Both the position numbers and the translations under genes were made by a program. Shown in pieces: positions 47,276-55,691 of a stretch of 64,000 nt of DNA. The stretch is from an uncultured Gemmatimonadales bacterium (GTDB lineage: Bacteria > Gemmatimonadota > Gemmatimonadetes > Gemmatimonadales > Gemmatimonadaceae): NCBI GenBank assembly GCA_963850905.1, contig CAWKMU010000003.1, positions 3,232,001 through 3,296,000 of the forward strand, in the 5' to 3' direction. The notes beneath the pieces are model-generated. The model did not search any database. It was not told the DNA's origin and was given only the letters and a program-made list of their open reading frames with translations. Position 1 is the first letter of the stretch; each line of letters begins with the position of its first letter.

Positions 47276-47571
47276 GAAGGTCCTCTCCGCATCACTCGGG
47301 CGATTGTTCCTGGGAACCGATAGCGCCATCGCCTGCTCTGGCGGTGTGGTCGCGTCTCGCGATGAATCTGGGCCACGAGGCGAGCGCGGTCCACCTCTCC
47401 AGTCAGGATTAGACACGTCCGACTGTCGGGAACCCAGCTCCCGGAAACGGTGGCGAGCTCACCGAGACCGAATGCGCGGACCCCCGAGACCTCCGTCCCG
47501 TTGAGGCGATCCAGCCGCGTAGCCCCTAAGTCGACTACAGTCAGTCACCGCTGTTCATAACCTTTGGCAAT

Positions 47572-47910
47572 GTGCGGCCTGCCTTCGACCAAATCGCTGG
47601 AACCATCGCGCTCTGTCTCGATGCCGCTGGCGTGCTACTCATTGCCATCGGCGGCGTCAAAGCGCTGATCCTCTCGCTTGGAGCAGTCGTAGGACGACGC
47701 GAGCTGGTTGGCGCTCGCAGAGCGGCCCGGATCGAATTTGGCATGTGGCTCCTGCTCGGTCTCGAGCTGCAGCTCGGGGCGGACATTGTCAGCACGGCAA
47801 TCAGCCCGACGTGGCCGGCGATCGGCCAGCTCGGCGCCATCGCCGTCATTCGGACATTCCTGAATTACTTCCTCGAGCGGGACATTGCGCTGGCAGGACA
47901 AGCGGCGTAG
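47572..47910 (+). CDS. DUF1622 membrane protein
   Basis: LLLGLELQLGADIV and AVIRTFLNYFLERDI signature. Confidence 0.88.
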   Translation: MRPAFDQIAGTIALCLDAAGVLLIAIGGVKALILSLGAVVGRRELVGARRAARIEFGMWLLLGLELQLGADIVSTAISPTWPAIGQLGAIAVIRTFLNYFLERDIALAGQAA

Positions 47911-48100
47911 GCCAGTCCGGTCATCACTCCCGGGCCGTGCTATGGGACGGCCCGGGATCCAGGAGGCCGGAGCGGCCCCCGCGCACCGGCGGAGCCCGGC
48001 GCTCCAGACCTAGGTCTACTGATTCGCGGTCGGGCCTGATCGTACCATTGCGATACGCCGTCGGTCTTGCATTGGTCGTCCTCGACGTCGCGGAGGCGCG

Positions 48101-49000
48101 ATGACCGCTCAAGCTATCGTTCTGCTCGTTTTGAAGTTCAGCATCGCGCTCAACGTGTTTGCGCTCGGACTGGCGGCCACGCCGCACGATGCCTTCTATC
48201 TGTTCCGTCGACCTCGGGAGCTCGGCCGCGCCCTGTTGTCGATGAGCGTGATCATGCCAGTCACAGCGTACGTACTCGCCAGAGGGTTTGATCTCGACCC
48301 GGCGGTGAAAATCTCTCTCATCGCGTTGGCGATTTCGCCGGTTCCTCCCTTCTTCCCGAAGAAAGCCATGAAGGCACACGGCCACGAGAACTACGCCGTT
48401 GGCATACTCGTGGCCAGTGCGTCGTTGGCGATTGTCGTCGTGCCGCTTGCCCTCGCCATCTTCGAGCGCGTACGTGATGTGTCTCTCCATGTACCCGTCA
48501 CGTCGATCGTCGGGTTGATGTCACTGACTGTGCTGCTGCCTCTATTTGCCGGCATTGGCCTGCGCGCCCTGTCACCGTCTCTGGCCGAGCGGGCGGCGAA
48601 ACCGGTTGGCACGTTCGCCCTGGTGCTCCTGATCCTGAGCGCCCTACCAGTAATCGTCAAAGTGGCGCGCGACATCCCCCCGTTGATTGGCAACGGCACC
48701 CTGCTCGCCATGGCCATTTTCGCGCTGGTTGGCTTTGTCGCCGGCCACGCACTCGGCGGCCCCGACCCCGACAACCGCCATACTCTCGCCCTCGCGACGG
48801 CAAGCCGTCATCCGGCCATTGCCCTCGCCCTCGCCCACGCGAACTTTCCGGGCCAGCCATTGACCGCGCCCGCGATTGTGCTGTACCTCCTGGCCAGTGG
48901 GGTCTTTGCGCTCATCTACGATCGTCTGGAGAGCTCGCCTCGGCACACCGCCGCAAAACCGCCAATGTCCGGCGGTGCGGCGAAACCCATACGGCATTAG
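48101..49000 (+). CDS. Bile acid:Na+ symporter (BASS) family transporter
   Basis: Multi-TM protein; LAISPVPP and LALATASRHPAIAL motifs; GGAGG RBS. Confidence 0.82.
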   Translation: MTAQAIVLLVLKFSIALNVFALGLAATPHDAFYLFRRPRELGRALLSMSVIMPVTAYVLARGFDLDPAVKISLIALAISPVPPFFPKKAMKAHGHENYAVGILVASASLAIVVVPLALAIFERVRDVSLHVPVTSIVGLMSLTVLLPLFAGIGLRALSPSLAERAAKPVGTFALVLLILSALPVIVKVARDIPPLIGNGTLLAMAIFALVGFVAGHALGGPDPDNRHTLALATASRHPAIALALAHANFPGQPLTAPAIVLYLLASGVFALIYDRLESSPRHTAAKPPMSGGAAKPIRH

Positions 49001-49038
49001 GTCATCTTACTCCGTATCGCGACTCGACTCCTCTGCGC

Positions 49039-49425
49039 GTGAGTACGCCACGGTTGTCAGAGCACCTGGCCAATGAGCGCACGTATCTGGCTTATGTGCG
49101 CACCAGCATCGCGTTGATCACATTCGGCATCACGATCAATCGGTTCAGTCTGTTCCTGATCGAGACTCGACCAGGCGTGATGGAGGAGAAGCCAGCGCCA
49201 GCAGTCCCCGCGCCGCGCCTGCTCCTGGGCGACACCGAGCATCTCGGGATGGGCATGGTCATCGGTGGTCTCGTGCTGTTGGTCTGGTCGGCCATCCGGT
49301 ACTCGAGGATCAGGGTGCAGATCCAGCGCGACACTTTTAAGTCTGATGCGCTGACGATTTGGTTCGTGACGTTTGGCGTCCTGTTGCTCGGCGCATGGGC
49401 GGTACTATGGCTGTTTCAGCGATAG
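49039..49425 (+). CDS. DUF202 / YidH family membrane protein
   Basis: HLANERTYLAYVRT signature and 3 TM helices. Confidence 0.9.
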   Translation: MSTPRLSEHLANERTYLAYVRTSIALITFGITINRFSLFLIETRPGVMEEKPAPAVPAPRLLLGDTEHLGMGMVIGGLVLLVWSAIRYSRIRVQIQRDTFKSDALTIWFVTFGVLLLGAWAVLWLFQR

Positions 49426-49432
49426 GACCAAG

Positions 49433-49553
49433 GACGTTCTAGACGTTAGACGCGGGACGGAAACCTCGGGGCCAGCAGCGGTGAGCTTCGCTGGCCCCGA
49501 GGTTTGTGGTCTAGCGTCAGCGTCTAGCTCCAGCGTCTAGCGTCCAGCGTCTA
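49433..49553. repeat. Heptamer-armed palindromic element, copy 2
   Basis: Perfect 16-bp stem AAACCTCGGGGCCAGC/GCTGGCCCCGAGGTTT (49461-49505) flanked by TAGACGY and YAGCGTC arms. Confidence 0.88.
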
Positions 49554-50228
49554 AACTTCTCCCTTTCTCAGGCTTTCGCCGGGCGGGTTGCGCGGCACGA
49601 CCGACGGCCAGTGCTCTCGGACGGCGACCACCCGGAATACGAAGGCCGAAAGCGCTGCGATCAGTGTGATGGGAAAGAACCCAAGGCTCGCCGTCAGCAT
49701 CGCGAGCGCCGAGTAGATCCCGCTCGCCAGTACTGCCGTCGTCACCAGTTGCTCCGAGGGGATGACGATCTCGGGCGTGACTCCCGAGAAGAGGTCGATG
49801 ACCACTCCACCCGCCGTGGTGGCGGCCACCCCAATGACGATTGCGGCGAAGACCCCAAGGTGGTGATCGAGTGCCCTGTGGGCGCCCAGGATCGCAAACC
49901 AGGGAAGCGTGAAGGACTTGAAGAACGCCAGCGTTCTTCTGCGGAACTGCGTCTCTTTCGAAGCGGCGTAGCGATAAATCGCCAGGCCAAGCAAGCCCAT
50001 TAAGAGGCACACGACCAGATACATCGGGTCCTTGAGCGGCCCAGGGACCTCACCGAGCAGGATGTCGCGCGTCACGCCGCCGCCGATACCCGCCATGAAG
50101 GCCATGATCAGCAGCCCCGAGAACGTGTAGCCGCGATTGTGTCCCGGCTCGCGCGCGACGAGCACGCCGTTCAAGGCGTTGATGCCGGCGGCGAACAAGT
50201 CGACGTTGGGAAAGCTCGGCAGGTTCAT
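49551..50228 (-). CDS. Trimeric intracellular cation channel (TRIC/UPF0126) family protein
   Basis: Two repeats with GIGGGVTRDILL and TAGGVVID motifs; 7 TM. Confidence 0.88.
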   Translation of the reverse strand: MNLPSFPNVDLFAAGINALNGVLVAREPGHNRGYTFSGLLIMAFMAGIGGGVTRDILLGEVPGPLKDPMYLVVCLLMGLLGLAIYRYAASKETQFRRRTLAFFKSFTLPWFAILGAHRALDHHLGVFAAIVIGVAATTAGGVVIDLFSGVTPEIVIPSEQLVTTAVLASGIYSALAMLTASLGFFPITLIAALSAFVFRVVAVREHWPSVVPRNPPGESLRKGEV

Positions 50229-50884
50229 TTCGCGTTTCCCGCAGTGTACAGCCTGAGCGTCAGCACAATCGCGTTGACGTCGTTGAGGCTTCCGCTTTCG
50301 CTATTCTGGTGCAGATACGCACCGTCGAGCGTGAGAGTGTGCGAGAGCTGCCATACGGCACCGATCTGAGTCTGGACCTTGGTGATCGCCTCCTTGTTGA
50401 ACTGGTAGTACACCTCCACCTCGATATACGGCGTCACCGTGCGATCGTGGTCGAAGCCGACGGGCCGTGCGAGACGCAAGCGGTTGCGGTACCGAGTCGA
50501 GTAGACCCCACCGACCCATCTGAACTCGAAGCGGTTGCGGTCCTCGAGGTGCAGCTCCGCGGGGAGATGGAAACCCACCGTTCCCTCCACCATGGCCCGG
50601 TCTTCGTTCGCTGAGTGTGCGTCCGGAGAGTAGAGGTAGCTGTACCCGCCGCCGAGGGCGAGGAACGAGGCGACACGCCAGTCGACATACATCCCGAGCT
50701 CGATCTGTTTGTACGATGTGTCCCGGGACTCGGTGAGATTGGTAAACGGATTGAGCTGCGTCGCCGGCGCGATGGGGATATAGGCGTCGAACTCGGGCCA
50801 GAACTGCCAATTCTGCGCGCGCGCTACGCCGGCGGTGCACATGATGAGACACACGATGGTTGCAGGGCCGAGCGACCGCCGCAT
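50225..50884 (-). CDS. DUF2490-like outer-membrane beta-barrel protein
   Basis: Signal peptide, alternating beta strands, EDR, DRNRFEFRW, RYRNRL and PYIEVEVYY. Confidence 0.75.
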   Translation of the reverse strand: MRRSLGPATIVCLIMCTAGVARAQNWQFWPEFDAYIPIAPATQLNPFTNLTESRDTSYKQIELGMYVDWRVASFLALGGGYSYLYSPDAHSANEDRAMVEGTVGFHLPAELHLEDRNRFEFRWVGGVYSTRYRNRLRLARPVGFDHDRTVTPYIEVEVYYQFNKEAITKVQTQIGAVWQLSHTLTLDGAYLHQNSESGSLNDVNAIVLTLRLYTAGNAK

Positions 50885-51044
50885 TTGATCAAGATCGTCG
50901 GCGGGCCAGACCCGGCACACGTCCACCTAGGTCGAATGGTCGCCAAACTCACGCGACGATGCGGCGTTGCTCGCGAAGAGCGCCGCCCGTAAGTTGCCGC
51001 GAACGTAATGGATGGACTCGCTTGGTCTCGCGTGGGAGAGAGCT

Positions 51045-51497
51045 GTGTTTGCGATACGGGTAGTGACCCCGGCAGTCACGAGCGCTGAGGGATGGCCGCA
51101 TGCCGGCGGCGTGTTGCGGGTGGGCCCCACATCGCTCCCGTTTATCGTCGACCTTGCGGCCTGGCGCGTTGTGGACTACGAGCGGCAGTGGCGACAGGCA
51201 ATTGATCGGGTGGCGCGCGGCGCGCCCGCGACAGCCCTCGTCACCGGATACGCCGGGCGCGGCAATCGGCCCCACTCGATGTGGGCCCTATGGCGCAATC
51301 GCGATTTCGTGTACGTGCAGCCGCACATCGTCGTGCCGGATGAACGAGAGGCCCCATTTGATCCCGCCGCGCCAGAGGCGCACGTCGGTGCGAGACTCGG
51401 CCCCGAGCACGGGCTGCCGATCGCCGAATGGCGGGTCGAGCTCGTGCATCTCATCGCGGCAGCATTCTGCCCCGGGTGGCCTCAGCTCCCGCATTGA
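51045..51497 (+). CDS. Hypothetical protein resembling CdiI-type (CdiI_N-like) immunity proteins
   Basis: W..DYERQW..A..R....ALVT...W.LWR....YVQ...FDP..P....R......IAEW pattern; GGAG before GTG 51045 (alternative ATG 51012). Confidence 0.55.
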   Translation: MFAIRVVTPAVTSAEGWPHAGGVLRVGPTSLPFIVDLAAWRVVDYERQWRQAIDRVARGAPATALVTGYAGRGNRPHSMWALWRNRDFVYVQPHIVVPDEREAPFDPAAPEAHVGARLGPEHGLPIAEWRVELVHLIAAAFCPGWPQLPH

Positions 51498-51563
51498 CCT
51501 TGGTGCACTAGCCCAGAACGCCACGCATTCTCAACCATGGTGCATCCCGACGTGGAGCACGCC

Positions 51564-53130
51564 ATGGCAAAGGCGAGGAACGGCGAGGCGAAGAAGCCCA
51601 ACATCCTCGTCATCTGGGGTGACGACATCGGCATCTCGAACCTGAGCTGCTACAGCGACGGGTTGATGGGGTATCGGACGCCGAACATCGATCGCCTTGC
51701 CAAAGAAGGGATGCGGTTCACCGACTCCTACGGGGAACAGAGCTGCACCGCGGGACGGTCTTCATTCATTACCGGCCAGTGTGGCTTTCGCACGGGACTC
51801 TCCAAGGTTGGTGTGCCGGCCGCAACCGTGGGCCTCCAGGCGGAGGACGCGACGATCGCCGAGCTCCTCAAGAACCAGGGCTACGCGACCGGTCAGTTCG
51901 GCAAGAATCACCTGGGCGACCGCAACGAATATCTCCCGACGGTCCACGGCTTCGACGAGTTCTACGGCAACCTCTACCACCTGAACGCCGAAGAGGAGCC
52001 CGAGTTACCCGACTGGCCGTCTGCCAAGGATTTCCCGCACTTCAAGGAGCGGTTCGGTCCGCGCGGCGTCCTGCATTGCTACGCGACGGACAGGGATGAT
52101 CCGACCGAGCAGCCTCGCTGGGGCCGCGTCGGGAAGCAGAAAATCGAGGACACCGGGCCACTCACGAAGAAGCGGATGGAGACGTGCGACGATGACTTCG
52201 TCGCGTCGGCCAGGGCCTTCATCAAGAAGCAGCATGCGGCGGGCAAGCCATGGTTCGTCTGGCTCAACACCACGCACATGCACTTTCGAACGCACCCCAA
52301 GCCAACCAGCGTCGGACAGGCTGGCCGGTGGCAGTCACCGTACCACGACACGATGATCGATCACGACAAGCACGTCGGTTCGATGCTGGAATTGCTCGAT
52401 GAGCTCGGGATCGCCGACAACACGATCGTCATGTACAGCACCGACAATGGGCCACACTTGAACTCGTGGCCAGACGCCGCCATGACGCCGTTCCGCAACG
52501 AGAAGAACTCGAACTGGGAAGGTGGGTATCGGGTGCCGCTGTTGCTGCGATGGCCGGGACACATTCCGGCCGGCGTGGTGTCGAACGAGGTGGTGCAGCA
52601 CAACGATTGGTTGCCGACGTTCCTCGCGGCCGCGGGCGAGCCTGAGATCAAGGAGAAGCTCAAGAAGGGTTACGCCGCGGCAGGGAAGACGTTCAAAGTC
52701 CATCTCGACGGTTACAACTCCTCCCGTACCTGACGGGCCACGCCCCGAAGAGTGAGCGGCCGGGATTCATCTACTTCAACGACGATGGGGATCTTGTCGG
52801 CGTGCGGTTCGACAACTGGAAAGTCGTGTTCATGGAGCAGCGGGTGCCCGGCACGTTACGGGTTTGGGCGGAGCCGTTCGTCGCGCTTCGAGTGCCAAAG
52901 CTGTTCAACTTCCGCACCGACCCATTCGAGCGGGCCGACATTACCTCCAATACGTATTACGACTGGTTCATGAATCGCGACTACATGGTAATAGCTCGCC
53001 TCGTCAATCGGTCATCGCGGATTTCATCGCCACGTTCAAGGAGTTCCCGCCGCGTCAGAAGGCCGCGAGTTTCACAATCGACGAGGCCATGGAGAAAATG
53101 GCGGCCGTCGGCAGCGGGTCGCAGCACTGA
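51564..53130 (+). CDS. Cys-type arylsulfatase, no signal peptide; two apparent indels (~52718 and ~53000)
   Basis: KPNILVIWGDDIG, SCTAGRSSFITG (CxxxR), GKNHLG and TDNG. Continues DGYN-LLPYLTG...RFDNWK...TDPFERAD and ...FPPRQKAASF in shifted frames. Confidence 0.9.
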
Positions 53131-54473
53131 TGACCCGAGCCGAACGTCGCAATCAAGGCAAGGCCCTGCGCACGCAGGTCCCGCGGAGCATCCACGGCAC
53201 CTGGCAACCGGCGCCGCATCGGCCGGATCCCATCGCGGTGTTGAGGGCGAGCGATCGGGGCCGGCTGACGCCGCTCCTGCCCATTCGCTACGGCCGGATG
53301 CTGGCGTCGCCTTTCGCGTTCCTGAGAGGCGCTGCAGCGGTGATGGCGTCCGACCTGGCTGGTACGCCTCGGATGGGGCTCCACGTGCAAGCGTGCGGCG
53401 ATGCCCACATCGGCAACTTTGGCGGCTTCGCCACGCCAGAGCGACGCACGGTATTCGACATCAACGATTTTGACGAGACGCTGCCCGCGCCGTGGGAGTG
53501 GGACGTCAAGCGACTCGCCGCCAGCGCCGTTGTGGCGTCGCGCACCAACGGACTGCCACGAGCGGCGCAGCGTGCGGCGGCCTTCGCCGCCGTGCGAAGA
53601 TATCGGACGCATATGGCTGCACTCGCCGGGTTGTCCCACCTCCAGGCGTTCTATTCCAGCATCGAGGTCAGAGGGCTCGTGCAGGGACTGGGCCCCGGGA
53701 TCGAGCGTCGTGGCGAGAAGCGGTTGAAGAAGGCAGAGGTCGGGGATGATCTCGAGGTAGGCAAGTTGATCACGATCGATCAGGATCGGCCGGTCATTCG
53801 TGACGCGCCGCCCCTAGTCTACCATCCGAGCGCGTTGGCCGAACACCGACTGGGGAAGCTCCTCCATTCGGCAATCCGCCAGTACGTCGAGACGTTGCCG
53901 CACGAACGCGCCGAGCTCGTGTCCCAGTATCAAGTCAACGACCTGGCGATGAAAGTCGTCGGCGTGGGAAGTGTCGGCACTCGGTGCGCGGTCATGCTCT
54001 TGTCTGCTGCCCCTGATGACCTTCTGATCCTACAGGTCAAGGAGGCACGATCCTCCGTCCTGGAGCCGTTCGCTGGCGCGAGCCGCTTCGCCAATCACGG
54101 GGAACGGGTCGTCGTCGGCCAGCATTCGATGCAGTCGGCCAGCGACATCTTCCTGGGCTGGACGAGCGGTCCGTTTGGGCGCGATTACTACGTCCGCCAG
54201 CTCCGCGACGGCAAGATCAAAGCGACCATCGACCGCTTTGGGGCCAAGCGCATGATCGACTATGCCGGTGCGTGCGGGACCGCCCTGGCCGGCGGTCACG
54301 GTCGCACGGGCGATGCCCCGCAGATCGCCGGGTACATGGGCGGGAGCGACCTGTTCGACATCAGCATCGTTCGGTTTGCCGAGCGCTACGCCGACCAGAC
54401 TGAAAAGGACTACGCGCTGCTTCGCGCCGCCGTCAAGCGCGGACGACTGCCAGCTGATACGGCGAGACGCTAG
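53130..54473 (+). CDS. DUF2252 family kinase-fold protein
   Basis: RYGRM.ASPFAFLRG, CGDAHIGNFG, FDINDFDE, PWEWDVKRL, KVVGVGSVGTR and YYVRQLRD. Confidence 0.92.
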   Translation: MTRAERRNQGKALRTQVPRSIHGTWQPAPHRPDPIAVLRASDRGRLTPLLPIRYGRMLASPFAFLRGAAAVMASDLAGTPRMGLHVQACGDAHIGNFGGFATPERRTVFDINDFDETLPAPWEWDVKRLAASAVVASRTNGLPRAAQRAAAFAAVRRYRTHMAALAGLSHLQAFYSSIEVRGLVQGLGPGIERRGEKRLKKAEVGDDLEVGKLITIDQDRPVIRDAPPLVYHPSALAEHRLGKLLHSAIRQYVETLPHERAELVSQYQVNDLAMKVVGVGSVGTRCAVMLLSAAPDDLLILQVKEARSSVLEPFAGASRFANHGERVVVGQHSMQSASDIFLGWTSGPFGRDYYVRQLRDGKIKATIDRFGAKRMIDYAGACGTALAGGHGRTGDAPQIAGYMGGSDLFDISIVRFAERYADQTEKDYALLRAAVKRGRLPADTARR

Positions 54474-54587
54474 ATGCTAGACGCTGGACGCTGGACGTTG
54501 GAAGACACAACTCGAGGGCCAGCTATGCGCATCGTAACTGGCCTTCGAGTTTGTTTTCTAACGTCCAACGTCTAGCGTCTAGCATCT
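54465..54587. repeat. Heptamer-armed palindromic element, copy 3
   Basis: AGACGC TAGATGC TAGACGC TGGACGC TGGACGT arm, core AACTCGAGGGCCAG...CTGGCCTTCGAGTT, complementary right arm. Confidence 0.88.
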
Positions 54588-54644
54588 CGCATCTATGGAC
54601 CAAGGTCCAATAGGCGCCCGTGGTTGCTGCGGCAAGGGTTGGAT

Positions 54645-55574
54645 ATGCCGCTGACTGCCGATATGGTCTGGGTTCCGGCCACCACATTCCGGATGGGATC
54701 GAACTGGCACTACCCGGAAGAGGGGCCGGTGCATCACATGTCCGTCGAGGGATTTTGGATCGATCGGACACCCGTAACCAACGCGGAATTCGCTCGGTTC
54801 GTGGCGGAAACCGGCCACGTCACCACCGCCGAGGTGCCCCCCAAGGCAGAGGACTATCCCGGTGCGTTGCCGGAGATGCTGTATGCGGGGTCGTTGATTT
54901 TCGTGAAGCCCTCTGGTCCGGCCAAGCACGGCTCCTGGTGGCACTACGTGGCTGGCGCGACGTGGCGATCACCGCAGGGCGCGGAGACCACGATCGAGGA
55001 TCGGGCCGACCATCCCGTCGTACACGTGAGTTTTGCCGACGCCGTTGCGTACGCGCAGTGGGCGGGCAAGGATCTGCCGAACGAGGCCGAATGGGAGTAC
55101 GCGGCCCGCGGTGGCCTCGACGGAGCGGTGTACGCCTGGGGCGACGAGTTTCGGCCGGGCGGACGCACGCTGGCCAATACGTGGCAGGGTGAGTTCCCGT
55201 GGCAGAACCGGTGTGAGGACGGCTTTGAGGGGACGTCGCCGGTCGAGGCGTTTCCGCCGAACGGGTTCGGGTTGTACGACATGATCGGCAACGTCTGGGA
55301 GTGGACGACCGATTGGTACAAGGCGGGTCACCCGGCCGACGGGGAAGGCCTGTGCTGCGCGCCGCTCAACTCGCGCGGCGTCAAGGAGACCGAGAGCTAC
55401 GATCCGTCGATGCCGAGCATTCGGATCCCGCGCAAGGTGCTCAAGGGCGGCTCGCACCTGTGCGCTCCAAACTATTGTCGTCGGTATCGCCCCGCCGCGC
55501 GGTTCCCGGAACCGATCGACACCTCGACGTGCCACGTCGGTTTTCGCTGCGTGGTCCGAGCGCCCGGTCCGTAA
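54645..55574 (+). CDS. Formylglycine-generating enzyme (sulfatase-modifying factor 1)
   Basis: FRMGS, VTNAEF, LPNEAEWEYAARGG, NGFGLYDMIGNVWEW and the catalytic GGSHLCAPNYCRRYR (CxxxxC). Confidence 0.94.
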   Translation: MPLTADMVWVPATTFRMGSNWHYPEEGPVHHMSVEGFWIDRTPVTNAEFARFVAETGHVTTAEVPPKAEDYPGALPEMLYAGSLIFVKPSGPAKHGSWWHYVAGATWRSPQGAETTIEDRADHPVVHVSFADAVAYAQWAGKDLPNEAEWEYAARGGLDGAVYAWGDEFRPGGRTLANTWQGEFPWQNRCEDGFEGTSPVEAFPPNGFGLYDMIGNVWEWTTDWYKAGHPADGEGLCCAPLNSRGVKETESYDPSMPSIRIPRKVLKGGSHLCAPNYCRRYRPAARFPEPIDTSTCHVGFRCVVRAPGP

Positions 55575-55637
55575 GCTCGCCCAACCCTCGGAACCGCCTC
55601 AGGCGCTCACCGCCCGAGGGAGATTGTGGATGCGCGG

Positions 55638-55662
55638 GTAGGGGCGACGCATGCGTCGCCCT
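55638..55662 (+). repeat. GTAG-family REP
   Basis: GTAGGGGCGACGCATGCGTCGCCCT between convergent genes. Confidence 0.85.
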
Positions 55663-55691
55663 CCTGGCCGCGGCCCATTGTCATGGGTCGA

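Noticed and set aside
47276..48100. Hairpins/palindromes around DUF1622 (GTTCCTGGGAAC; TCCCGGGCCGT/ACGGCCCGGGA; AGACCTAGGTCT)
   Set aside because: Single-copy GC-rich stems with no riboswitch consensus; the 47928-47957 stem may be a terminator but lacks a U-tract.
52715..52740. Selenocysteine or readthrough at the sulfatase TGA (52731-52733)
   Set aside because: Conserved sequence resumes in a different frame upstream of the TGA, indicating a missing base rather than recoding.
1876..54587. CRISPR array interpretation of the repeats
   Set aside because: The repeats are 7-bp tandem units or dispersed palindromes, with no regular repeat-spacer periodicity and no cas genes.
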